DNA of 64,000 bases from Geosiphon pyriformis uo1 (GCA_016748015.1 JAAOMT010000295.1:744001-808000), one strand, 5' to 3'. Positions 11,980 through 25,020 are shown, counted from the stretch's first letter. Notes: generated by a model from the letters alone, not told the origin. Translations and numbers: made by a program.

Positions 11980-13369
11980 GAAATTAAGTGTTCAAGTTGG
12001 GGAGTTGTTTAATGACAACTATTGGTTCTAAGTTTCAGAAAATATCTTTGGGATTGATTAAAAGAGAATGTGTACCAATTTGTGGAATTAATGGTTCAGG
12101 ATTGTTTCTGAAATTATAGTGTTTCAAACAATCTCTATGTGCAACTTTTGCTAAGATTTTGTTATCAAGTCTTAGCTTGTATGATCTGTTGCTTAGAACT
12201 TCATGGATAAAGAATGGTTCATCCCATTTATTTTCAAATTTTCCACTCCATTGTTTTTCAGCTTTAATTCTGTGTAAGAAAACTTTGTTTTCAACTTTAA
12301 ATTCATTGGTGACTGGAGGCAATTTGTTGTTATGCCATTTTTTTTGTTGAGCTTGAAAGTGTTCAATATGGGTGGCTGTTATTCATTGTTTTTCTTTCAA
12401 CGTGCTAAGCAGAGTGTAGGCTCTTTGCTGAAGCATTTCCTGGAAATTGTCTTCATTGATTGGTTGTACTGGGTATGTTTCCACTGTGAAACTAATTGGT
12501 AATGTTGCTGTCCTTCCGTAAGTTAAATCAAATAGTGTGTGTTTTGTGGTATCTTGTTTTAGTGTCCTATATGCTAGTAACACTGATGAAATAAAGATAT
12601 CACATTCTTGCTCAAAATCGGTTGAGATTTTGGTTAATGATTCACACAATGTCCTATTGAAATGTTTTACAAGCCCATTTGTTTGTGGATGATAGGGCAA
12701 AGATAATGGTTTTTTGACATTAAATCATTTACAAATTTCCTGAATTAAATTGTTCATGAAATGTGTTCCTTGATCAGATAAAAGTTCTATTGGGCACCCA
12801 TGTCTACAAATAATGTTTTTGTAAATGAAATTTGCTACTGATTTCACATCTGCTCATTGAATGGTTCTGGCTTCGGGTCATTTGGTGAAATAGTCTACAG
12901 CTACTGCAATATAATGGTTTCCTTGGTTTGTGATAGGTAGTGGTCCGACTAAATCAATACCAACTCGGTCAAAAGGCTGTCCAACTTTGATTGGGTTTAA
13001 TGGTTCTGTAGGGTGAGTTTCTCCTCTTCTTTGACAACTATTACACAACTTAATGTATTCATGGATGTTTTTTCTCATTCAAGGCCAAAAGTAATATTCT
13101 AGTGTTCTCTGGGTGGTGCTGTCTTTTCTTAGGTGTGCTAATGAAGAGTCTGAATGCATGTTATATAAAATGGTTTTTTTTTTATGTTCTTGTATTAATC
13201 TGAGTGGATTGTCTGAGTTTCTGAAGTTTCAATAATAAATTATGTTGTTGTATAAGAAGTATTGTTTGGCTTGTTGTTGTAATCAATGTTTTTTATCTGG
13301 GGACTAATCTGTTGGGATTGTTAATGTCTTCAAATATTGTTTAAGATTGTTGTAGTTTTTGGGGTTTAT
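11980..13369 (-). pseudogene. Gypsy B integrase (separate ORF)
   Basis: ORFs 12878-13078, 12383-12700 and 12035-12322; starts (ATA)NPKNYNNLKQYL. Confidence 0.9.
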
Positions 13370-13418
13370 TGTTTGTTGTTTTGTTGCTGTTAATTTAAAT
13401 AAGTGTTGGTTCTGTTTT

Positions 13419-16400
13419 CTAATCTTGCTTCATTCTTGAGAGACAATCAACGTTGGTGTGGAGTTTTCCTGGTTTGTGGTATACAATGTATTGGTAGTTG
13501 GCTAAAAATTCTGTCCATCAGATTTGTTTTGCGTTCAGTTGGGTGTTTTTGTTCTGAAGCCATTTAAGTCCAATATTATCAGTAATAATATCGAATTCTT
13601 TAAGCCTGAAATAAAGGTTGAAGTAGTGTAGGGCCCAAATTACAGCTGCTGTTTCTAGTTCTGTGGCAGGGTAGTTTTTCTTGGCTGGTTTTAATGTTCT
13701 ACTAGCATAAGCAATTACTCGCTTATTTCTGTTGTCATCTAATTGTAATAAGATAACACCAAAGGCAGTATACAAAGCATCTGTAGCTAGTCAAAATCTG
13801 TTGCTAAAGTCTGAATAAGCAAGAATTGGAGCTGTTGTTAGCTTTTCCTTGAGAATTTCAAAAGCTTTTTGGTGTTTAGTAGTCTATTTGTATTCAATGT
13901 TTTTGGTGGTAAGTTGGTTGAGAGGTTTTGCAATTTTCGAAAATCCTTTGATAAACTTTTGATAGTAGGATGCTAATCCAATGAATTCACTTAATTCTGT
14001 GGTATTTTGAGGAGTTTTGAAATTTTTGACAGTGCTTATTTTTCCTGGATCAGGTTTAATTCTATCTTTGCTAACAATGTGACCAAGAAAGGCCAAACTC
14101 GTTTTTTCGAAGTAGCATTTTTTGATGTTCAGTTTTAATCCTGCTTTTCATAATCATTGAAAAACTTCTCACAGATGTTTTAAGTGTAATTCAAAAGATA
14201 GTGAATAAACATCAGTATCATTAAGATAAACAACTACTGATTTCTAAAGGAGACCTTTGTAAACAACATCCATAAGTCTTTGGAATGTTGCTGGTGCATT
14301 GCATAATCTGAAAGGCATTACGTTAAACTTGTAATTTCCTTCTTAAGTGATAAATGCTGTTTTGGGGCGATCTTTGGGATCCATGGCAACTTGTCAGTAT
14401 TCACTTTTTAGATTTAGTGTTGAAAAGTATTTAGATTTTCCAAGAGCATCTAACATGTCATCAATTTAGGGAAAAGGATAGGCATCTCCAATGATAACAC
14501 TGTTGAGTTGTCAATAATCAACACAAAATTGTATCTTTCCATTTTTCTTTTTAACTAAGACTACAGGTAAGGCCCATGGACTTATTGATGGTTGAATAAG
14601 CCCATTGTTAAGCATCCATTGTACTTCTTCTTGGATAAATTGGTGACTTTCTGGAGCAACTTGGTAGGCTTGTTGTCACCTTGGTTTGGCATTTTCTATA
14701 TAGATTTGGTGTTAAACCAAATCAGTTCTTCCTAAGTCATTGTTGTTTTTGGCAAAAATATTAGCAAATTCTGCAATTAGCTCTTTGAGCTGGTTCTGTT
14801 GTTGTGGTTTAAGTTGTTCTATGTTGATTTGAGATAGTTTTTCTATGACAACATGGTAGTTTTCAGAACTGAAATTTGGGTTGATTTTTGGTAGTGAATG
14901 TTCAATGATTTCCAAGAAATTGGGAACTGTCTGAAGTAATTCTTGTTGAAAGATGTTACTGTGAATAACTCCAATTTCTATGTTATTTAATAAAACTATG
15001 GAGTAACTGTTGGGATTGTAAAAAGTAACTCAAACTTTCTTTGTTCCTTCTGGAATGTAAATATTTGGGATCAAGATATTATGTTCCAAGCAAATTTGTT
15101 TGTTAGACTCAAAAATTTGTTGTGCGGTCATTGGCTTTGGACAGGTGTAGATTTCTGGATGTTCTCCAAAGGGTGAAATAGTAATTGGTTGTGGAAGTCA
15201 TAGAATCTGGTGAGATTCATTTTGTTTGTTAAGAGCTATGTTTACTGGAACTGTGAATCATCCAGTTAAACCAAAACTTTGGGTTCCTCTATCACTTTTT
15301 CTTAATTGTTTTCTTTGATTGACTAATTGCAAACCTGAAATGTTAATTAGGGGTAGGTAAATAGCTTGGGCAATTTTTTCAGCATGTTTGATCTTGAAAA
15401 GTTTATTGGTTTCATTTTGGAGTATTACTGTTATGTCACCAGTATATTCAGCATCGATTATTTTTTTTCTGACATTGATTTCTTTGCTTGCCAGAGAGAA
15501 CCAGAAGGTGATTTGAATCATTGCTCCTGGCAGAATTTTGAGGGCAATTTTGAGATTGATTTTTGTGAGAGATTTGGGTTTAAGAACAAGAGTATTCTTG
15601 CCTGGATATCTTAGGTCATATCCAGCATCAATTTTGTGTGCTTTTTCAGGTTTTATTCCTTGTCTGTTGTTGTTGAAGTATTTGAGTTGTAAGGCAGACT
15701 GGTTTTCAATGAGATAGATGGGTGTTGCTTTAATTTCTTCTGTTGCTTCAGGTTCTTCAAATTCAATTTTGTTTTCATCATTTTCACTGAACAGGGGAAT
15801 GCTAAGAGCATAGCAATTAGGACACCACTGTTCATCACAAGGCATAATGCATTCTTCACATAGCCTAATGTTCATTTGCTCTAATTGTTGAATTTGAGCT
15901 TCTTGGGTTAAGTAAGTGTGATTTACAATTTGGTGGTAGACTTCTACTTCATTTTTGTAATTGAATCCAGCTAATTCCATGGTGTATTCAATGTATTCTG
16001 CTTCCTTCATTTGATAGACATCTTTTTTGGTAGCTTTATTAACTAATGTCATTGCTAGGTCAAAAATCATTTCAGTATCATGAGGGTAGTGATAAAGTTT
16101 GTTGAGAGCACTATTGTATGCCGCATCAAAGAGTGTTCCTCTTTTTACTTTTTCTGAAATTGATAAAGCATATTAACAGGTCTGATCGCAGACTCCTCCT
16201 CTCATTGCTACATCAATCCAATTGCATTCTTCTGGTAGCATATCTCCACAAGTCAAACAAGGGGTGTTGTCACATTTTCTACTTTTTTTTATTAGGTGGC
16301 CCTATTGTTCTCTGTGGCAAGCCTTGTAGTAATAACAAATATGATTTTCATATTCTTCTTCAGGTGAAATGCAGGCTCCTATTGATGAGAATTTCTTGTG

Positions 16401-17300
16401 GCAATCTTTGCATTTGAGTGAAATGTAAGGGCATTGTTTTTATGGTTTTGGTTTTGAATAGGAGACATTCCATCCAGTTGTCACTGGTTCTTTTGTTTCA
16501 AGAGAATCATTTGTTGAAAAATACTGTTGTTCAGTTTCATCAGCCCAATTAGAAGTTGATCCAAGTGCCATAAAGATTTTAATGATGGGCTTTTCTTCTT
16601 CTGGTTCAAATTCAAAAGCCAGGGCTTTTTTGGAGTATTTGTTGAATGTACCACAAGTGGCAGGTACTCGGGCGTGTTGTTCTTGGTAGGAGATTGTTAA
16701 CTCTTGTGTCTTCCAATTCAGATTAGCATTGGCTTTTTGAAGCCAATCATTTCCGATGAGAGCTTGATATTGGGAAGCATCTATGACCAGAACTTTGACT
16801 GGAATAGTGATTCCGTTAATTGTAAATGGGAAGTTGTCAATTTTTCCTACTGGAGTCTTTTTTATGCCATCAGCAGTGACAATGATTGTCTGAGCTGGTC
16901 AGTCAACGTTTCTCTTTAGCTGCTGCATCAATTGATATGTAATGATGCTTCTGGCAGATTCACTGTCTAAGATCAAGCAAATTGGCTTTTCTTTTACTTC
17001 AGTTTCTGTGTACATTGCAGTGATGGCTTTTTGCTCATTAGCTGCTGCATTGCTAAGCAAGAATGGTGATTTATTTGCTTCAAATTCGAAAGGGAATATA
17101 TTTGAAAGGTTGGCATTTTCAGCAATTCTGGCTGGTGGGATTGTGGTAGGAGTATAGGAAGGGTTTTGTTGTTGTGCTGCAGCTCTACCTTCTGAGAGTG
17201 CAGTATGGTAAAAATCTTGTTCTTCTGGTATTGTAAGATAACTAGGTTGAGTATAATAGTGGTTGGGTCTTGGTTGAGCTGAATTTTGGGGGACCAATTG
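13419..17300 (-). pseudogene. pol: Gypsy B pol: protease (ILDSES from LDSGS), Cys-rich domain, dUTPase, RT, RNase H
   Basis: ORFs 16899-17297, 15258-16070, 14712-14915, 13884-14096 and 13518-13775; ends DCLSRMKQD*. Confidence 0.9.
15258..15660 (-). pseudogene. dut: dUTPase domain within Gypsy B pol
   Basis: Trimeric dUTPase motifs I-V in order: DAGYDL, (SR)SLAS, IIDAEYTG, KIAQ, RGTQSFGLTG. Confidence 0.9.
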
Positions 17301-19062
17301 GTTGTTCGAATTGATTCTATTGTTGTTTACTTGGTATTGGTTTTGTGGTGTGAATTGATTTTGTGGAATTAATCTTCAAACAGACACTTGATAATATTGT
17401 GTGGGTGGTTGTTGGTATTGCTGTTGAATTGGCTGTAGGGCAGGCTAATAATAGTTACTTTGATATTGGGGTCTTAGTGGATAGTAAGCTAGTGGTAGTG
17501 GTTGATAATAAGATTGCTGTGGTAAAGGGTAATGTTGATTACTCCTATTTTGTTGGTCTCATTGTAGCTTTCTGCAATCTCTTTTCCAGTGGCCAGAGAT
17601 TCCACAGTAATGGCAATTTTGAGACTGGTTATTAGAAAGTGGTGCAAAGTTATTTTGATTTCGTTTTTAGGGTGGTTGATATCTTTGGAGTTGCTGTTGT
17701 TGTTAGTTGGTGAAATAGTTTTCAACCTTCTTTGTGAGTTGGTCAATTTTCTCCTCAGCTGCTGAGCTGGTTTCTCCAATTGTCAAATTTACAAGTTTTG
17801 TGCAATTGGCCTCTTCCATGGCTATTTTATATCTTTTTGCATGCTGTATGGCAGAGTTTAAATCTTTTGAGACATGTGGGCAAACCTTTTTAATCAGTTT
17901 ATTCTTTAGACCAGCAATAAATTAATCCAAAATTTGAGTGTTCAAGTAATAATCATTGGTTTCTAGTTGACAAATTCTTCTGAGAAGTTTGTTAAACTTC
18001 TTAAGATAAGTTATAACAGATTTGGAGGATTCTTGTTTGATATTGCAAAACCAATTTCGAAGGGTGATAGAAGTATTATTGTTGGTGAACTGTTCAAGAA
18101 AGGCTGCTTTGAAAGTGTCCCAATCATTAAATGGAGTGGCCAAGTTTTCAAACCATTCTTCTGCTGTTCCTTTGAGAAAGTAAGGGATAGTTCTTAACAT
18201 TCTGACAGCATTTCAACCATTCACGTCTCCTGCTTTAGTGACTTGATCAAGCCATTCTTAAAGACTGGTTTCGATGTCCTCTCCTGAAAAGTCAGGAATT
18301 TTTGCAATATAAGTGGAAACCATTTCTTCTTCATTTTCCGAGTCTTCTGTTTCTTGTTCTGATTTGGTCTTTTCACTTTGATTTTCTGCTAAGTAGTCAA
18401 TAAGGTTTGTGCTGGTTAATATTGATTCTTGTTGTTGAATAGGGCTTTTGGGTGACTGAAAATCTTCTATTCTTGAAAATCAAATAAGAGGAGAATTTGG
18501 TATTTGTGGTTGAGCAAGTGAAATTGGAAATGGTGTAATAGAAAGTGGTAATTTGACACTGGTTCCTTGTTCAGGTGTTTGCAAGTGTTTGGCAGTTGTT
18601 TTTGTTAGTATTGAAGTGGTTTTTGAGTGTTGTTTTGTTTTTTGTTTGCCTTTGTTGCTTGTTGCTTGTTTCTGTTTCTGATTCAGAGTTAAAAGAGTAT
18701 TTGGACTGCACTGGATATTTTTCTTCACAATACTTGATAATGTTATAATTGAGTTCTTGAAAGTAGGTGGCAAGTGTTTTACTGTTAAGATCTTCAGTTT
18801 CTAATCGTGAATAGTGCACTAAATTATTGTAGAGATTGCTTCTAACTTCTGAAATGTTGTAATTTTCAAGAAGATAATTGTTGATACAGTTTTCAATATA
18901 TAGGTAAAGTGTTCTCTTGACAATTTCAGTTCCGTCTGAAATGTTAAATTTTTGCTTGCAATGGGTGTAAATTGACTGGTAGTACTCTAGAGTTGCTGTG
19001 TTTGGTGTGGTTGCCACTTTGAATTTTGTTGTTGCTGTGTTATTTCTGTGAGAGAGCACCAA
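17300..19062 (-). pseudogene. gag: Gypsy B gag (retrotransposon gag capsid plus CCHC) with ~240-aa N-terminal extension
   Basis: KIPDFSGED..EWL, YFLKGTAEEWF (17922-18200), CHYCGISGHWKRDC at ~17575-17615, and upstream ORFs 18480-18773 and 18571-19062. Confidence 0.85.
19047..19061 (-). promoter_or_regulatory. Primer-binding site of Gypsy B
   Basis: TGGTGCTCTCTCACA starts 2 nt inside the 5' LTR end. Confidence 0.75.
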
Positions 19063-19063
19063 A

Positions 19064-20049
19064 TATTACCAGAGGTTTTTGGTCTCTTTTCTGTAATGTT
19101 GTTGATGCCTGTTTGCTGTGAATTCACTTTTTCTGGATGTGGTTAAATCTCCAGTAACTGAATTTATCTTCAAATTATCTCCTATAATTTGAACTGCTGG
19201 GCTTATAAGTGGAATGACCAATTCTTTGCCAGTTACTTTATGTAGTTACGTTGTAGTAAATGTCAACTTTTTCCCAGGAATTGCTCATCTGGAAGCTCAC
19301 TAAAAATGTGTAGTTACTTTGCTGTGAAAGTCAACTCTTTTACAAGAATCTTGTCTATAGACTACCCTGATGATTGTAATAAGAAAAGAAAAGAAAAATA
19401 AAAGAAGTGTAAAAAGAAAAAAAAAATGTTTTATGGAAGTCATTTTGGATTCAAACCTAAAAGCATTTTAACAGTTTACTGAAATTGGTAGCTAGTCAAT
19501 TTCAAACTGTTTAGTAGGAATTGGTTAATTTCAAGGGAAATAATTAAGAATTTGATTTTTCGAATTATTTGATATTTATTTTGTTTCTGTGTGTAAAGGA
19601 TGATTCTAATTGATAAATTTCAGGTAAGATAAGATATATTTTTTCGAAAAGAGAAGCTCTTCTTTTATACAATTTGTTGTAATACTATTCTATGAACTTG
19701 AATTTTGCTATTTTTTACAATTTTGCTGAACTAAAGATACATTTGGTGAACTACAAGTTATTTCTGTGAACTATTAAATATTTCGGTAAACTATCAATTA
19801 TTTTGGCGAATTTCTACAAATTTCGGCAAACTTTTTGAATGTTATATAGTTCAGGATATTGCATAATTGATCATTACAATTAGGTTACATTTGTGTTATG
19901 TACAAATTGGATTATTAATTAAATGATAATTTCAGACATTTTGCTAATGTAATAAGTGATAATTTGAAATGATAATATATGTTAATTAATGATAGAAATT
20001 ATAAAGATAATTTCATGCTAAATAATATCTCTAATTTTGTCTGGTAACA
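19064..20049 (-). repeat. 5' LTR of Gypsy B
   Basis: Direct repeat of 10170-11155. Confidence 0.95.
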
Positions 20050-20407
20050 ATGCTTCAGCATAAAGCCCCAAAATTAATACAGAAAGTTTACTCTTGAATA
20101 GCAACTTGATTGAAAGGAACTGACCAGGCACTTCAAAAACCTTACAAACATAATGCATTAAAGAAGTATTCATAATAATTGTAATCTCAGCACCAAGAAA
20201 CCTTTTGTTCAACCCAGATAAAAAGACTCTAATTTCATTAAACTTATTCCTAATCCATGGCCTATTGCTAGACCTCAGCTTTGTCTCTGTAATTATCAAA
20301 ACCAAATTTCCAGAATCTTTATGCCAACAAATAATGTCCTCTTGCTTGGCAGAGACATTGATACCATGAACATTACACATTGCAAATTTCTACACAAAGT
20401 TACTCAT
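20050..20407 (-). pseudogene. LINE1 ORF2 N-terminus (APE endonuclease); its ATG overlaps the ORF1 stop (ATGA)
   Basis: MSNFV*KFAMCNVHGIN...IITETKL...ILGLYAEA. Confidence 0.88.
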
Positions 20408-22345
20408 TGAAAAGTAAAAATAGTTAACAAACCTAAGCCAGAGCACATACAATTCAATCTTTCTAAAACAGATTTAACCAACACCTCCAAAGCCATTATC
20501 TTGGATTTCAATCCACTCACTTTAGTGGTTAAAACCTTAAAATTACTTGAACTAAAGTTAGCAATCAGGTCTACAACAACTGAAAAAAGAGCAGTAAGAA
20601 ACATGGTCATATCATTCAAAGCCATATCTAAGTCCAAATTAGATGTAACAGATGCAAGGACAACTAAAAGAGAGACATGAGGTTTAAATGCCAGAGACAC
20701 TAATTTCATAAAGCTTAATTTCTTCATAACAACTGAAACCTGATCCATTAGAAGCTCTAAAGAGCATTCCAGAGACACCAATCAATTAACCAAACAGAAA
20801 TCACCAAGAGAATTAGAAACTAACGAGACAAGGTGTACACCTGAAGATAAACCAGTACCAAAAGGACCTGAAAAAACCACATAAGAGAAAGAACCACCAG
20901 CAACTTGGGCCCAAGTTTTCTTACCAAAAAAAACTGGGCAAACAATTGGTGTTTGCTTTTTCTTATATATGTTGGCCAAACAAACCTGATCCTAAGGAGT
21001 TACCACCTACTTACCATAAGCACCAGAATTCTCACCCAATGAACATCTTGTAGAGATATGACCAAACTGTTTGCAATAAGCACAATGGGCCAAAAAAAGA
21101 CCAGCCCAGTGCAAATTCACACCCTTAAACACTGGAGTAGAACCAATAGCAGCCAATTTGGATGCTTCATCAATAAAACACACAATTACACATCTATTAT
21201 GCACATATAAGTTAGAATTACAGCCAATAAAACAAGTTTTTTTATCATATAATTCCACTAAACCCAACAAATAATAAGCAGTAGTGCCAACTGGAAATGT
21301 GTACAACAAAGTCCAATGTTGATCTCTGGAAACTCATGTTTGTTTATCATTAATGGCTTTTGCCACACAAATAGAATTTTTTCCCATAAAGACAGACCAT
21401 TTAGCTGTGACCAAATTAGCTATCTCAGATGATTCATATTCAACCAATGCTTTCTGTCACAGACCAATTAATTGTATCTTGATTGATACAATCTTGCCAA
21501 ATTTGAAAAAAACAGATTCTACAGCCAATTTAAGAAGATCAACTGAAATCTTCTTGACAACAATTTTCCAATCCGAATGACTGCTTGGCTTTCTAACATC
21601 ATTGTTTACCAAAAATCTTTTACAGATTGCTATTTCCTTAGCCTTATTTAAGCTTAATTCTAAAGTAAATGATGATCTGATAATCTCAGGGAATTTTGAA
21701 GAAACAGAGACTCCCCCAAAACCATCAACCTGATAAAAATTTTTTTAATTGAAATTAATTTGTCATTAATAGTTTTTCTAGGAATAGCCAAAAGCTCAAT
21801 ATCTAATGCAAATAATTTTCAAAGCACCTCTTTTTTAGAACACGTGACTTGATACTCAGCAGTTGATTGGAACTTTTAAACTTAGAAAAAAAAAGCTTCA
21901 GAATATCATCGACATTACTCATATTATTGAAGAAAAATTTCTTTAGTGGATATCCTAACACATACATCTTTGTCTATGTCTTTCTCGAAGTTGTATCATC
22001 TGCCATATTATTAGCCTTGGAATCCACATAACTTATTTCCTCTGCCATCATGTTGTTCATGTTTTCCAAGTCAGATACTCTACTAACATTAGCATTCTTG
22101 CTTTTTACTTCACTACCCCAAGACACCTTATGTTTTAGATTGTTAGTTTGCAAAATGCCACCAGGAATAGAACCAGCTGATAAATCCACCACACTACCAG
22201 GAATTCCAGGATTTTTAGACTTCTTGTACAAAGGGCTATAAGAGTATATGCTTTTAATGCATGCCTTCTTTTTATTATTAGACTGAATCCCCAACCCAGC
22301 TGAAACGGAACTAAAACCACTAGCAGAGAAGCCCACCAGTTCTAT
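20404..22345 (-). pseudogene. LINE1 ORF1 (RRM-like segments plus CCHC zinc knuckle)
   Basis: ORFs 21974-22336, 21007-21309 (CAYCKQFGHISTRC), 20782-20979 and 20404-20781. Confidence 0.85.
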
Positions 22346-22743
22346 TGCAATAAAAGGAAGAAAGTTGGAAGAAATAATTAGAAAGAAAACAAGAGAAAAA
22401 AGAAAAAAACTAATTAAACTTTAACAAAATTTTGCTCTCATTATGATTAAAAGATTGACAAGAGAAAAAAAAGTTTTTTTTAATTTTAATTTTATAAATT
22501 AGCATACAATTTTTTTTAATTAATTTAAAAGATCTTAAAATCAATAGTTATTATTAAATTATACTTAAATTTAAACACTTAATTTTTTTTTAATTATTTT
22601 ATTTTATATTTATATTAGTTATTTATTCATAAAATAATAAAAATATTAAACAAAAAATTAATTATTACAAAAAATTTTTAGCAAAATATAAAATTTACAT
22701 ATATTAAAAATAATTTTTTTTTAAATTTTTATAATAATAATTA

Positions 22744-25020
22744 TTTTTTTTTATTAAAGTTTAATGAGCAAAGCCCAACTACTATTTAATATAATATAAT
22801 TATATAAGGTCTTAAATTAAATGTGACTTACATATTTTCTATATGTAATCAGCTATTTAAGCCAATTTAGGCTATATTACATTGATGCATCCAAAGAAAA
22901 CTTACTTAAAAATGATATCTTTTGAATAACAAAAAACAAAGTAGCATTGCAAGAAACCAATTCAACCAGTCATTTGGCTGTCTTTAAAACATCAGTTTTA
23001 ATATCAATAGATTCATGTTCCTAAAGAGACATCAAGTTAGAAAACACTTTATTATCCAAACCAACTGAGTGCTCTAAATCACCAAACATATTAATATCTT
23101 CTATGCAGCACTCTTTTTTTAAAAAAAGCACTTCTCTTCCTAATTTACCAACAACTTTACTAAAGGAACTCATATGCATCATAATCTTATTGACTTTAAG
23201 ACCAAGTTTACTACTTGAGACCAAATTTTTATTAATAAATTGTTCAAACAATTTGACCAAAAAACCAACTGGCTTAACAATAGACTCAACCAAAGCAAAA
23301 AGCTTGACCAAATCAGACTCCAAAAAAGCCAACCAAGAAAACACCAAGGAATTACTAATGACTATAAAAAAAAAAATAGAAACTGCCAAGAGAAGAAATT
23401 CAGAAGAATTCAGAAAAGCAGAAATCTTAGCATACAAAACACCACTAACAAAATGTGTTTTAAATATCTTAAGAATCTTAAGAAAGGAAGATAAAAAGAC
23501 TTTACAGTCTACAGCCAAATGACCTATTTCTTAATACTTAAAGCAGCACCAACAACCAAAAGTTTCCCACCAAATGCAGCACTTTCTTAAGATATTAGTT
23601 TTAACAACCACAGAATTCAAATCAACTTGGGAACCAAACATAATTAGAGCAAACTGAGAACAACATCCAGAATTAGGCAAATGAGGAATGAAACAAGTCT
23701 GGCCATCAACTTGGGAGATCATATTACTAATTTCAAAGACAGTACAGCCAGAAAAAAAATTGATCAACTTGGCCTTAAACCAATCATGAAACAAAATTGT
23801 CTTATTTTGATTGACAAAGGAAAGAATTCAAACATTATTTTTGCTTACCAAAATTAATCAGTGAGTAAGAACAAATGCAGCAGTATTCAATCCTTTAAAG
23901 TAAACAATTACATATTGCCAAACACCAGCAGACTTTAGCACAACACAAAAAACTTCACCAAAAATACCAAGAGCTGACTTAATATCAACAACAAACATAC
24001 CCAAAGACACATTATGCAGTACAACAGCAGCAGAAGAAAAACCAGATTTAGAAACCACCAAAAACTTGGCAATTTTGAGAGTGGCAAAGCAAACAGAGCT
24101 TGTAAGCTCAATTAAAAATACAGCATTCAAAAAACTTTGGAAAGCAAACTCAACACAAAAGAGTTTCACATTGTTCTTAAAAACAGATTTTGCATTCAAG
24201 AAACCATTTATAGACTAAAAAACAGTCTTAATATGAGCCAATTTGATCTTAAAAGTAGCATTAAACACCAGAGTGGAGGCCACTCATCCAGCAAACTTTT
24301 GACAACTAATAATGATTTTCCAAGCATTATCAGTGGCAGCACCAAAAACCAAAGAAAATGATTCAGCTTCTATTTGATCAGTCCAGTTCTTAAAAACAGA
24401 TAACATCATAGAAGATGATTGTTTTGCTTCTAAAACTGATAATAATCTACCACATTTGACAATGCAGTCAGTGGTTGATTTTGGCTCATCTTGAATAATG
24501 TGCTAGATGATGTTATAGAGATTTCACCCAAAATTTTATTAGAAACCACAAAGAAGTTTAGTATAATAATAGCAGAGGCAAGTGACTGCTCTTACTTTTC
24601 TGAACTTTTGGTCTTTTTGACTATTTTTTTTAAAGAGATGGTGCCAGTAGTACCAGGTATTAAAGCTATAGAAGAAAAAACCAGCTTGTTTACTGGTCTA
24701 TTATTAAAAACTTTTAGGCTCTTAATTAGAGTAAAAGCAACACTAAAACTAACCCAAGTATGTCTTTTTAAGAGAACTTTGACTGGTGAAAGACCAGCCA
24801 AAAATGAAAAAGTTGTTTTAGTAGCTACTAAAGACAGTTTTTTATGATTACTGAATAAAAAAAGGCTTCTAAAACGTTCTGCTTAGTTGCTTCTACAACA
24901 GAGAAAGCTCTTCTGGTTGAAATTTTATTAGATATCTCAAAAAAGATATTAGATACAGCTTTTTTACTCTTTGCTCTGATTGTGGTCATAAAATTAAGAA
25001 GATAAAGAGTATATAACTAT
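22744..25020 (-). mobile_element. ORF1-only (HAL1-like) non-autonomous retroposon, copy 2, with a LINE1-type 3' tail
   Basis: Degenerate ORF 24989>22877 is homologous along its length to 58644-60899. No ORF2. The 3' UTR matches LINE1 5718-5838. Poly-T at 22744-22752. No TSD is readable. Confidence 0.8.

Larger units (their letters stand above)
10170..20049 (-). mobile_element. Gypsy family B, full-length degenerate copy with dUTPase; 4-bp TSD ACAC/ATGC (ancestral ACGC)
   Basis: Two 986-bp LTRs, PBS, gag with CCHC, PR, Cys-rich domain, dUTPase, RT, RH, IN, ORF3 and PPT. Confidence 0.95.
5709..22440 (-). mobile_element. LINE1: near full-length degenerate non-LTR retrotransposon (ORF1; ORF2 APE-RT-RNase H-Zn finger; poly(A)), interrupted by Gypsy B
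   Basis: Poly-T at 5709-5717, ORF2 domains, and ORF1 with a CCHC knuckle. ORF2 is continuous across the B insertion (GLYAEA | SLAVCF). Confidence 0.92.

Noticed and set aside
15258-16070. Host dUTPase gene
   Set aside because: It is embedded in pol between PR and RT in two LTR-bounded elements.
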